A stretch of DNA of 53,957 bases, filler included, from Catajapyx aquilonaris (Eukaryota): assembly GCA_000934665.2 (NCBI GenBank). It is 2 parts of 2 records of this genome, joined end to end, with 100 filler letters (N's around TTAATTAATTAA, not from the genome) between each part and the next. Parts side by side here need not be neighbours in the genome. Positions count along the whole stretch, not along the records: positions 1 to 26,941 come from JYFJ02005136.1; 1 more part is not named here. One strand, 5' to 3'. A program made the position numbers and the translations under genes. Numbering within the stretch: position 1 is the first letter of the stretch; each line of letters begins with the position of its first letter. The notes under the pieces were generated by a model that saw nothing but the letters and a program-made list of their open reading frames with translations, had not been told where the DNA came from and made no database searches. Below are positions 11,801 to 23,612 of the stretch, piece by piece.

Positions 11801-14800
11801 AATCTTTAAGGCTAAGACCAAGCAATAGAGCAGAAAGAAATGCTACTTGTTAGTGGTATAAATGCAGTATAAATGACTCAAAACTGCCGAACTGTGACGG
11901 TGGATTTTGCATGCATGCCCACAATATCCATAATAGGAAGCCTGTAGACCACTGCTGACTGGTTGAATAAGCTTACCTAGAGCATTGAAATATTGTGCAC
12001 AATTACGAGGTTGGTGACAATGCAACCTATAATCTCTGAGCTCAGTAGGCCTGTAATTAAATTAATTTTAATTACATCTATATCCCAACCTGTTACCAAC
12101 CTGTTCCCAACCTGTGGGCCACGACCCCCAAGCGGGTCGCACCATCGTTGCAGTTATTTTTTATTTTCAATAAATTATATAGGAAATTTGTCACGACGAA
12201 GGTTTCTTAGTCCACACTACATTAATCTTCTACTAATACTCGCTTCACAACTGAAGTCCAGATGGATCTATATAATTATCTTGGATTCATGCACAAGTTC
12301 ACTTTTACACTTACTGCATTGCCCTTCACATTGCAGCATACCATTACGTAAAACAGGGCTGATCACGGGCTGGCATACCCTAGGGGAGCCCATTGGCCAC
12401 TATAAAAGGGGACAATTTTGCAATACTCTTTGTTCCTTCCCTTCAAAATTATGAACTATTTCAACCTATATTGAATGTGTACAATGTGGAGGAGGTAAAC
12501 AACTTACAAGTTAGAAGTAAAGGGTCCATATGAGCTCATGTTCATTACTAAAAATTCAACCTGGCTCAGAGTGGAAGGTTGCATTTTGTCAAATGTTGTG
12601 AAGTGAAGCAGAGTACTTGCAAATGGAAGCAGTGACCCTAATAGCCCAGATATTTGCTCTGGTTGGCACTGGTCCTGCAACTTTGACTCCTTCTTTTCTT
12701 CTTTCTTTCAGACCATTGTATGACAAGCTTTGTGAAGCCAAACCTGTTGGGAACGCATAAAGAGTTTTCCAATCGGTTCATCAACCCTATAACAAATGGG
12801 CAGCACAAAGATTCGACAGCCAGAGATGTGCAAGTGATGAAGCGCCGGTCTCATGTGCTGCATAAGCTTTTGGAGGGATGTGTTCAGCGCCAGGACTTCT
12901 CTGTTCTTCTTCCTTACCTACCAGAGAAACAGGAATATGTTCTGACAGTGCAAATGACTCCCCTACAATGTCGCCTGTATGAGGATTACCTGGGGATTCA
13001 TGCAAAAGGGGATGAACGCAGCGCCAAAGGACTCTTTGAAGACTATCAGTTTTTGCAGCGAGTGTGGACCCACCCACACTCATTGCACATGAGGAAGAAA
13101 AAGGAAGGTAAAGAGGCTGTTGCAAGGGGACAGTGGTGGCGCAAGATGATCAAGGATTCGGGACTGGATATGTTTCATGAAGAAGCTAGTGGGAAGATGC
13201 AGCTCTTCATGAACATTTTAAATCAGTGCCTGGAGAGTGGAGACAAACTGTAAGTGGATTTTTTGAGAAGGGAGTTTGTGTAACAGTTTAAGATTTGAAA
13301 TGGATGGTATTCACTTTCATCAAACTGGATTGTCCTCTGGGTAAGATTAGACCTACTTCATTTCCCAAATGTGCACAGCATGGAATATTCAGGTCTGGCC
13401 TGAATTGCAGGCCCAGGGGCACGAAGCCAAGAATATGAATGAACCTTAGATGCATTTTAAATTCACCCGATCATCCATGCTAATGAATGCACAGGTGTGC
13501 CCGGAAAATTGGAAAAAGCAGATAGTAATCCAAAAATAGGCTGTCCTCTAGATGCTGCAGAAATGAGTTATTTGGCAGTTCAGCAGTTTTGCGCCTAACC
13601 AAAATGCTGACATACAGTTTAGTCAGACTGCAGTGTCTGACCTGGGCTATCCATCCTCATGTTGATAGCGTGGCTTACAACCCAATTTCCCGTCAAACCT
13701 GTCATACCTATGTTGATATGACATGTGAGAAAGATATACGTAATGTATGAGTATTTTATTGCTGTTCTTTTACCTTCGAATTATCCTAAGGGCCGGTTTC
13801 ACCAACAGTGAAATGTGAGGATTTTTCGAAAAGAAACTCTGATTTATAATATACTGAGCTTGGTGAAACTGGCCCTAAGTCTCACCACATAGATTAATCC
13901 CTTATTACTCCTCTTATTTTTAGGCTTGTATTCAGTGTAAGTCTGGTAACCCTTGACCTGATAGAGGAGTACGTCAAGCGACCACCTCTTAAGTGGCATT
14001 CTGGGAGGGACTACTTCCGCATAGATGGTTCCACAAAGGCAGAAGACCGTAAAGACCAGTGCGACCTATTCAACAGCACCACGGGCAACGAAGATCAACA
14101 GATGTTCCTTGTGTCCACCCGGGCTGGAAATTTGGGAGTCAACATGTGTGGGGCAAACAGAGTGGTTCTGATGGATGCTTCCTGGAATCCATCAAACGAT
14201 TCCCAGGCAATCTTCAGGGCATACCGCCTCGGCCAGACAAAGCCTGTCTTTATCTATCGTCTACTGGCCCAAGGCACCATGGAAGAGAAGATCTACCAGC
14301 GCCAAGTGGCCAAGCAGTCACTCTCAATTCGAGTTGTAGATGAGCAGCAGGTTGGAAGGCACTTCACCTTAGCTGATCTCAGGGAATTATACTCCTTCCA
14401 ACCAGACACTGATGAGAGCATCCCAAGGAATCATGCCTGTCCCAAGGTACCCTTGTTGCTTTCATCTCACTTTCAATTTTTCTCAAGCTTTTCAGTCAAA
14501 AGTGATTTGCTGTTGTATTGCATGATTGTTCTGTTATGAGGAGCATTACACTGGGGCCAGAATTAAGAGAGGAGGCCCAAACAGATATGAAGCAAAATGC
14601 CACAATCTAAAGGTTTTCAGGAGATTAGGAGTTGCACAGTGAAATTGTGTTTTCCAATTGCATGAATAATTTCAATTATCACTACACAATAACATGTCAT
14701 TAAAATTATGCAAAACTAGAATGATAGAGTAATGTATTCCACTGCCACAGTGGCGCAGTGGCCATACCAATCATTCATTGGTAGTAAGTGAAACAAAGGT

Positions 14801-16887
14801 TTGTATCCACAGGATAGCTTACTGGCAGAGCTGCTGCTGTCACAGGCAAAATGGGTGATTCGTTTTCATGAACATGACTCACTGTTGTCCAATCTGGATG
14901 AGGAAGACCTGTCAGAGGAGGAAAGGCAGGCTGCCTGGGCTGAATATGAGGCAGGGAGATTGCCCTATCTGGACCTCTTTTCTTCTGATCTCTCACTACC
15001 ACTGCCAGTGCAAGACTTGAATCAGTGGTGCGATGATCATACTCAACAGTGGTTCCGGCAGTCCCAGCTGCAGACCCAACTACCCCAGCCACAACTGCCA
15101 CAACCACAGCTGCCACAGCAACAGCTACCCCAGTCGCAGATACCACAGCAGCAGGGGGATGAGCTGTGGGGGAGATTGTGGCAGAAGCCGCAGCAGCCTC
15201 GCCAAGGTTGGTCCTTCTGTACATTTACTCGTAAGCTTGTTTCCAAAGTACCTGGTCAGCTCAAAAATGAACCTTTAAAGGGACACTCCACTCAAAATAC
15301 AAGTTGGGTTCTAAAAATCGGGCAAAAAATCCTGATTCCGAGGGTATAAGCAGTTTTTCTTAGAGACGAACGGTAAGGCCAGTGTGAAAGCTGGAAGTGT
15401 GTCGTTCGAAAACCGCGCGCGGGGCAGGTGGCGACGCCACCAGAGTGGAACCGGGCGGAACTAGACCATGCTCGCCTGGCGCAGCATGGTGTTTACTGAG
15501 CACACTATACTTCTCCAGTGTGCCACGGGATGGTGTTGTATCGCCCTTCTTAGCAGACAACGCGAGACGACGTGTGTAGATATATGATTTTCCGTGTTAC
15601 CGTTGGGCGTAGAAAAAAAACGATTGCACATTCGGAATCAGGATTTTTTGCCCGATTTTTGGGGGCCAACTTGTATTTTGAGTGGAGTGTCCCTTTAACT
15701 GAAATTGCCCCAGTTGTCAGTGCCACGAGATGAAGCACATTGTCATCAGACAACTTGTTCATTTTGTTAAGGTGCTCCATTACTTGAAATTTACATTTTT
15801 AAATGAAATATGACTGACATGATTTCTGATCACTTGAGGAAATACTTTTGATATATGGCCAAGTGCAAGCTAGACAAATGTACTGATTGATTTGTTTGCC
15901 CTGGGACAGTAACAGCTGGATAGAAAGTAAGAATGAGATGCGTGTGCCCAAACCTTTCATCCATATTACCATTTGGGATATCCCTAATGAGTGGACTGAT
16001 GGGAGGAATTGTATGTAATATGTTGTGGCTCTTTAGCAAAGGGTTTATGCACAGACCATGAACAGCTAAATGATTCAGTGAAACTTATGCAAATTTGAAC
16101 TTGGTTGCAATTGTGTTGCATATATTGAGTACACTATTGAGCCTACACACGTAAGAAGAAAGTGAGTTTATTATCACATCTCATGTATAATTTCAATACC
16201 TCTTGCTTTAGCGATTGCGAATGTGGCCCGCCCTGCCACTGCCTCACAGACAAAGAGCAGTGACAGATCGGTGTGGGACATATTGAAACGTCTGCGCATG
16301 GAGGTAAGCTTTCAGCAAGTCAGTGGTTTCCAACCTTTCACCACCTGCGACCCCCTAAACATGTTTCCATAAATATGCGACCCCCCCCCCCCNCCTCTAC
16401 CCTCCCCGGCCCCTCCTACAACTGCCCCCTTTCCAGAAAACATACACTCTGTATGGCTGCAAAATTGGTTCAATTGACACAGAAATTGCAAAAAAAAAGT
16501 TTAACCAAGGCTCTCGACCCTGCCCGCATTCCCCCCGGTTGGAAACCACTGCAGTAAGTGATGAGGAGTGTTGGTGGTTCGTACAACTTGTAAAATGTTG
16601 CATATTTATTTCCAAATCAATAGAACCCAAATATGAGCCAGAATGAACTTATCAAAATGGCTGTTGCTGAGGCAAGGGAAAAAGGTGCTTCCAGGGAGCC
16701 ATTGGGCTTTGTTCCTGGAAATACTTCTGGTGTCAGTTATGCCACCACCTGGAACACCAGTGCCAAGGTTGTGGAGGCCCTTGTGAAGAAGGGTGCGAAG
16801 ACAAATAATGGGGTAATTACAACTGCATCAGGAAACATGGTGAACTTGAAATATGTCCAGAAACCACCATGTGGAGAAAAGATATAA
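5827..16887 (+). CDS. ATRX: ATRX/XNP-like SNF2-family chromatin-remodelling ATPase (multi-exon; true start may lie further upstream)
   Basis: Approximate exons 5834-6678, 6742-6872, 7876-7954, 8021-8108, 8220-8300, 8383-8463, 8703-8826, 8901-9023, 9847-9975, 10042-10159, 10500-10658, 11328-11628, 12712-13249, 13924-14446, 14813-15206, 16212-16303, 16624-16887. Motifs: GRRNIRELM..REEEARKKRI, KPHQVEGVRFMW, GCILAHCMGLGKTLQ (Walker A), VCDEGH (Walker B), LTGTPLQN, YFRIDGS, STRAGNLGVN, DASWNPSNDSQAIFRAYRLGQ, and the ATRX-type tail HEHDSLL..EEDLSEEERQAAWAEYE. The ORF-track ATG at 5827 overlaps a splice acceptor. Ortholog versus paralog is unresolved. Confidence 0.88.
9264..9600. mobile_element. PIF/Harbinger-like MITE in an ATRX-like intron
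   Basis: TIRs GGCTCTTTCACATGAGGCCACCA / TGGTGGCCTCGTGTGAAAATAGCC with TA-containing flanks. Confidence 0.7.
10776..11194. mobile_element. PIF/Harbinger MITE in an ATRX-like intron
   Basis: TIRs GGCTGGGTTCACACTAGGCGTTTT / AAAACGCCTAGTGTGAACCCAGCC, TTA TSD, internal CGCGACAA repeats and a duplicated right TIR at ~11132-11151. Confidence 0.88.
13790..13875. mobile_element. Short PIF/Harbinger MITE
   Basis: GGGCCGGTTTCACCAA / TTGGTGAAACTGGCCC TIRs with TAA TSD. Confidence 0.75.
15279..15694. mobile_element. TTAA-targeting MITE with AG...CT termini (Kolobok-like)
   Basis: TTAA|AGGGACACTCCACTCAAAATACAAGTTGG ... CCAACTTGTATTTTGAGTGGAGTGTCCCT|TTAA; ~60-bp TIRs. Confidence 0.85.
16321..16551. mobile_element. 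hAT (Charlie-like) MITE
   Basis: 15-bp perfect TIRs CAGTGGTTTCCAACC / GGTTGGAAACCACTG; 8-bp TSD CAGCAAGT / CAGTAAGT (7/8). Confidence 0.85.
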
Positions 16888-17238
16888 AGGTAATATATAA
16901 CTCATTTTGAGTTATCTTATTGAGATATTTTCACTACAATCTGCTTTCTGCACATATGCAAAGACACATTATTGAAATATGCTATACTTCCAGGGAGTAG
17001 TGCAGGTTTTACACAGACATGTGGTAGAGCAGCGCAGCCATTAGTAAATGTAGAGCATACGTGGCACGTAGTGCTTATGATTTCATGACAAAAATAATGC
17101 TGTGTGGTGCCCACAGTAATGTGTCATATACAGCCAGTCCCCAACTTCTGAAATTTTACTGTTTTGCAACATTACATGAAGTCAAATTTTATGCAATTTG
17201 GGATATGCTTCTAAAATTCCACACTGTACTATGCTGTA

Positions 17239-17450
17239 CAGTCCCGAGCATAAAGTTAGAGACGGCAGGCCTTCCTCTTTGGCAGGGTGCCCTGCCAATC
17301 CCTACCATTATGGTATCAAATATACGGTTATAAATACACAAACACACGCCTAAAGCAGCTAACTGGGTCCAAAAAGTGTCCAATAATTTGAGTTGGATAA
17401 TGGAAGGTCAGAGGAGGCCCGCAGCGTCTCCAACTTTATGCTTGGGACTG
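17239..17450. mobile_element. Tc1/mariner-like MITE
   Basis: TA|CAGTCCCGAGCATAAAGTTAGAGACG ... CGTCTCCAACTTTATGCTTGGGACTG|TA. Confidence 0.85.
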
Positions 17451-17981
17451 TACATCTACACTGACTGTGAGAGTTACTGTCAAATTTAGTTGAGACCATT
17501 GAGATTGGGAAGGGATTTCCCATGAGACCCAGAGGTAGATCACAAATGTTTGCCATGTGTAAACAGAAGAAGGAATTGAGTCTAGGCTGGCAGATTCAAA
17601 TTGCCCTATGCCGCAATTTAATGTGTTTTCTCGCAATTGGTGGAATTTTACGTTACCACTTTGTGATGTTTGCTCGTTTGGAATTTTTGCAAATGCTGAA
17701 GATTTCATACAGAAGTCCGAATCTGTATGTGTAAGCTATGGAAGTCTGGGACTGCCTGTATACTTCAGCTACATATATTATTAACCATCAATTAAAAACT
17801 TATCTGGATCTTTTGTATGTAAAATGTTACTGTTTGCAGCTTGCCCCTCCAGTAAGTTTGAGAGATATGTTGAAATTTAGGCTCTATGATTGGAAATTTT
17901 AGAATAAATTATATCACATTATGCCATACTGTAGCTGTCAATAGTGGACTCACTGTTCCACATAATGTTTTTTTGAAGATA

Positions 17982-18761
17982 CAGTAAAACCTCGATATAA
18001 CGCTCCCACATATACTGTATTACCTCACGTAAAACGGCATGGCGGTGTAGCCGAGGTCGACCAGTTTTTAGAAATGCACGATCTGGTGGCTATACTGGCA
18101 TGCCGGTATAGGGCGAGGTATGCCAGTATAAGGCAAGGTTTTCACATAAGTTACATTAAGCTGGGTTCACACTAGCTGACGGTAGCATACGAAATGAACG
18201 AAACGGTACTGTGGACTGTGCCCCCACTCGCCAGCCACCACCGCGGCCGGCTTTCCGGCCTCCCTATTGGTGGATACGAAAGCAACGGACCGGACTACCG
18301 TAAAAAGTTCGGTAAAAGTTATCGAAAAGGCACATTTTCAGAATATTTTGTTTTGGCAATAATCTCCATTTAAAAGCAGGCTGGTGATGGGATTGGTCAC
18401 ACACTCTACATTTTTTATATGCACTGTGCAACAGAACTTGCATATTCTCACAGCCTGTACACTTGCCCATTTTCATCGTAACATAATAATTCAGTATGGT
18501 ACTAGATGGATTCCATTAAAAAATGACAGGGATCAAAATTACGGAAATCTACCTCTGTTATTGCGGCATGCCGGCCATCCCCGGGTCATACCGGCATGCT
18601 GGTCAACCTCGTTTTATGCAGCCATGTCACTTTATGTGAGGTAATACAGTAACGCTTTTCCACTTTTAACGCACCTTTTTTCTGGTCGCATATAACACTA
18701 TCCCACTTATAATGCTACATTTGGGCGATCCCATGAAGAGCGTTATATCGAGGCGTTACTG
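17982..18761. mobile_element. pogo/Tigger-like MITE hosting a nested MITE
   Basis: TA|CAGTAAAACCTCGATATAACGCTC ... GAGCGTTATATCGAGGCGTTACTG|TA; same family as the ends at 843 and 5529. Confidence 0.8.
18015..18649. mobile_element. Nested Tc1/mariner/pogo-like MITE (family B, copy 1)
   Basis: TA|CTGTATTACCTCAC ... GTGAGGTAATACAG|TA. Removing it restores the host sequence seen uninterrupted at ~865-900. Confidence 0.85.
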
Positions 18762-18946
18762 TACATTTAACATTTTTGTTCAAGTGCGTGATTCATGATT
18801 AAACTCATAGCCATATGGGTTAAAATAATGCAGATGCTCATTTCCATTTGCTCCTGTCACCTCATCTGTACATGTGAAGTGATAAAGACGCCATCCTTTC
18901 ATGTTAATTTTGGTGAGAAATGTTTAAAAAATTTTATGGTCAAATA

Positions 18947-19757
18947 CCATATTGCCTCACATAAAGCGGCATGCCAGTATAAAATGAGGTTGACCAGCAT
19001 GCCGGTATAACCAGGGGGTGGCCGGCATGCTGCAATACCCGAGGTAGATTTACATAATTTTGATCCTTGTCAAAATTTTCGAAATGCAGCTGGTACTGTA
19101 CTAAAATAATGTTATGGTGAAAAATGTACGAGTACAGGCCTGCGCTGGTGGTCTGGTGGTTAGCGCGCTCGCCTCTAGTCCCAAAGTTGTGGGTTCGAAC
19201 CCAAACCCAACCTGAAATATCCTGATAGACATGCTCTCTTCTGGCTCCCTTGCACTTTTAATTTAAAATGTTGCCGTGAAATTTGAACGTAACGAACGAT
19301 CTTATGGGATGCGTCAGGCAATCGAAGTGTCCTGGGCTGTATCCACACCGTAGAACATGTAATGCATTCATTTGAGTAATAATAATTTTCACAGAGATCG
19401 AGATAATGCTGTGCTTAAAAACCTCGCCTTATGGGCATTTCCATGATGCATCCGTCGGCTCGTAACAAGTTTTGCCTACATACACAAGTGTATTTTATTA
19501 TAACAATGCCAGGATGCATGCACTGCATGCTTAATCCATTTCATGCAATGTGTGTGTATTGTTACAATAAAATACACTAGTACATGTCGGCAAAACCTGC
19601 GTTACGAACGGACAGTATGTCTGTGCTTGCGTGGAAATGTCCTTATACAGGCATTCCTCGCTTAGCTCGGCATGCCAGTATAGCCATCAGATCGTGCTTT
19701 TCTAAAAGCTGATCGACTTCAACTACACAGGTACACCTCTTAAGTGAGGTAATACAG
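18947..19757. mobile_element. MITE family B, copy 2 (inverted relative to copy 1), containing further insertions
   Basis: Starts TA|CCATATTGCCTCACATAAAG and ends GTGAGGTAATACAG|TA. 18947-19070 is the reverse complement of ~18525-18649. It contains a tRNA-like SINE head and an inverted repeat at ~19433-19642. Confidence 0.75.
19140..19260 (+). mobile_element. Degenerate tRNA-derived SINE fragment
   Basis: TGGTCTGGTGGTTAG (A-box-like) and GGGTTCGAACCC (B-box); no complete cloverleaf. Confidence 0.55.
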
Positions 19758-21501
19758 TAGTACTTTTGAAATGTAATTATATCCAGTCAAGTTAATTTTA
19801 TAATGTTGTTGAGTGTGGAGTTTTAAATATGCTGCTTTTATTTTTCAGGACACTGGACCAAAGACTTGAGTACCTGTAAACAAACTTTTTTTCACTTTGT
19901 CATATTTTTTTGTGTAAACTTTGCATTTTGCAAATGTGATTAAAATACAGCTTAAAGGAGTTGTTATTGTCTTCACAAACCTTAAGGAAAAACCCTGAAG
20001 TTGATAGTGTGATTTTATTATTGATTTATAAATGGCGAGTTCAGGTTTCCCTATTTTTTTCTGTCCCCAGCCCTGCCAGAGCATGTAGCCTTGGTTTAAG
20101 TGGGCTTATTTCAGTTTGTTTTAGCTGCACACTGTACTTTCCCTTTTTTCAAAATGTATCAAATTCTGGGATATAAAATGTAAGCTTTGACACTTTATCC
20201 ATGCAAAACTGCAGGTGAGGTACAATCTGTCACAAAAAGTTTAGGCCGCTTTTGCCCAAGTCTTCAGTTCATTTTTGGCCAAAACCTCTTGTGATAGATT
20301 GTACAGTCCTGATCATAAAGATGTGGACAGTAAACCAGAACTCTTCCTCTGGTTCACTGTCCACATCTTTATGCTTGCAACTGTACATTTACACTAAAAG
20401 GGAGACAGGCATGTCATCTGAGGATGTCTTCACTGTCCTATCTTTGTTGAGAATTGACTTTCTTGAGATGCTGAATTTTGGGCACCATACCATCCTGCTA
20501 TGATTTTTTGGCAGAGTTGCAGTTCTCAGTTTAGACTGGATTCTTTTGTTAGCATCAAAAACTGTAGAACATCATTGTAAGGCATAAGAGCCAATAAAAC
20601 TATCGTTTAGGATGAATCATCAGTAGCCTGGACATAGAAGCTGTTAAGGTTCAGTTTGTGGAGTTTCAGAAATTCTTTCATAAGACACTCATATGAATAA
20701 AGAAATTGTCAGATAAGGACACCTTTTTTGAAATCTCCAACAATATCTTGTACAGTATGAACACGTTTGGATGTTCACCTGTTCTCTAGCCAGATGTTCT
20801 AATGTCACGCTAGATTTATTTGTAAAAATGTATGAGAGGCCACAATTATGCCCCTGCCCGTCATGTCACTGTGTAGGCCTACTATTTCTTATTTTTGATC
20901 AACCCACAGCAAACTTTCCGAAGACCTCATGCAGACTTTTACATGAGCAGTTTCCGTGACTACCTTGTTGTGACAACATTGGCAGTGCAATTGAAATCCC
21001 TTCACCTGCCCTTCACTAGTGTCTAGAACCTGGTCAGATGTACGATAGTTCCCAATATATGCAATTTTCTGGTGACCTGAAAAAGGTGAGCGATCACAGA
21101 AATTGAGGCCTTACTACCTTATTTTCACTCAGTGAGTGGCACATTGGTAAAAATGGGGAGTGACCTGGTTTTTAAAAATACCCATCTGGTGGCTAGACCA
21201 GTAGAGAGAACAGATTCATCTTACATTTTTGTGCCCTTCTAAATCTCTTCACAACTTTTGCAATCTTCCTCCCAACTGATCAAGATTTAAACTTAACTTG
21301 TAACCTGGAATTCCTTTTGCCCTCTTACACAAGGTATTTGCCTACACATTTTCTAGTAATACTCTTATGACATAACACAGAACTTGTTTGCATGGCAATC
21401 CTGATTTTGGTGAGGATTGAAAAGTGTACCTTTCATTCTGATAATAGTTTCAGACTTGAGCAGTGGCCGCAGTTGAGCTTGCCTGCATTTCTTCCTTAAA
21501 G

Positions 21502-23384
21502 ATGGAAGTGCTTCTTGTTACATCTTCATCAGTGAATGAGGTCAAAACTTTGAAGCATTTGTGCTTGAGTGTTCTGAAGAATTTTAGGCTGTGGTTAAAG
21601 GAGTTCATTCAGTACAGAAATGGGAAAGGTAGTGGTCATATACGTGAGTACTACGTTGACTCTTGCATTCAGTCATGTCACATTTATTATTACCCATGAT
21701 TGTGTGAAGTTAAAAGTCGCATTATGTCTTTGCTTAGCACCTCGTTTAATGTGTGATATATTGGAAGCAGTGAATAGTTCACTGCTGGAGATTATGTCCA
21801 CTCGACATCTGATGGGTGATGAAAAGACACAACACAAACTCATGAGAGAAGTATTCAGGGACCCTGTAAGTTGTCATAAACCTTCAAGTGAAGCTGTCCT
21901 CACTGAGTATTGCATTAATAATCTACTCTTTTCAGCCTCAGTCTTTCTTACACCTGAGCGAGTGTGATGTGAAAACATCAATGATGCGAATGTTTATACC
22001 AGCACTTCCTAACCTGCTACATGTACAGATCACACATTGCAAGTTTTCAGATGACTCATTGTTGGCATTTGGAGACTACCTTCACCATCTTGAGTAAGAT
22101 TGTCAAATTACGTAATATAAGATGCTTTCAGAGATGCAGCTGTGCAAGAAGCCCTCTAGCTTGAGTCAGCCCAAATAGGAAATTAGGCTGAGTAATGTTT
22201 GTCATCATGACCAAAAAATGTGCATGCGCCTTTAGCATAACTGTATCTGTTGTGTGGTTCCTGCTATGAGTTGATGTTTTGTGTGTGTGCATGTGCTGAA
22301 GCACTGTTAAACCCAATGTGCTTTACTTTACAGAGAGCTGGACTTGACTGGGTGTAAAAGCATTACTGACATTGGTGTAAAAAACCTGTGTTTAGGGCGT
22401 AAAAGTGGATGGCAATATACATATTCAAGAGCCAGGTGCCAAAAACTCAGAAGGATGATCCTTGAAAAAACTAAAGTCACAGTTGAAGGCCTCAAAGTGG
22501 CTCTGACGAATCTTTCAAGACTGACAGAATTGAAGCATGAGAAGAACGGCATGGCAGTGGCATCCTTTGCCAAGTGGAATGCAGATTCACTGCCTCGATT
22601 TCATCTTGAGAGGCTTTGCTGCTTCACAAACGGACACCAAAGAGAGGATATGGTACAAATGTGTATCATGGCGTGCCCCAAAATCAAGGCTGTTGAATTT
22701 AGGGTTGGATACAACATCCCTTCAACATTCTTTCTGCCTCTGATGGAACTAACTGATCTGGCTCACTTAAGCATTGAATTCGATGACCATGAGCAGGTCA
22801 ATCCTCATCTATTTTCTGACAGCATTGTTCCGATTCTAAAGCATCTTAGACACAACCTGATCTCCCTTACGTTAAAGGAAGTTCCTGCAGTTCAGATGGA
22901 TTTGATTGGACGATACTGCCGTGCTCTGGAGAGCCTCACATTTGTCTCAGCTGGGGTGTCTGATGATCACTGGAGTTGGCTAAGTGAGCTGAGGCTTGAC
23001 CCAATTGAAACACCATTTCAGGTGTTGAACTGGGTTGAGTATACTGCTTCACAATATAATTTTGATGCTGTGGCAGAGATGTCAGATATCAAGTGCCTTT
23101 TATCTGCAAAGTCATTATATCACATTTGCCTGAGAGGAACTTCCACTCTCACTGATGCTCTGCTACAGGAGAGTTTAGATGACAATCGATTTCTTAAACT
23201 GAAAGAGGTGGAGCTTATCAACTGCAAAAACATAACTGTGTCTTTTGTATTCACATTGCTCAGATACACTCATGGGACCCTCCATTTGCTGGGTTTGAAA
23301 TTCTGTGGTATCAGCAGTCCAGATATACAGGAGATTGAAGATTTGATTGACAGGCATGGATGGGGAGTTTTCTTTTACATGTAA
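21502..23384 (+). CDS. Leucine-rich-repeat (RNI/FBXL-like) protein with N-terminal BC-box-like motif; putative cullin-RING substrate adaptor
   Basis: Exons ~21502-21643, ~21738-21865, 21936-22093, ~22334-23384 with GT-AG sites in consistent phase. N-terminus VKTLKHLCLSVL...HIPPRLMCDILEAV; LRRs such as ELDLTGCKSITDIGVKNL, LRRMILEKTKVTVEGL, LKEVELINCKNIT. AATAAA at 23502-23507. Confidence 0.78.
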
Positions 23385-23612
23385 ATGCAACTCAGTGTCA
23401 TTGAGATGCAACCTGGTAATATTAGCAGTTTATGAAATGCAAGAAAATATATAGATGGGGAATATTGTTAATTGGGCAAGGATTACTGGAACAGATATGG
23501 AAATAAAAATTTACACTTCTTTTCTAATAATCATGTGAATGAACTTGTAGAAAGTAGACTATACGCAAGGACCCTACTGCAAGTGGAGCTGTATATGTTT
23601 GTGAACCCTATT

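Noticed and set aside
14775..15224. 149-aa antisense ORF rich in Ala/Val
   Set aside because: Shadow of the QLPQP coding repeat on the opposite strand.
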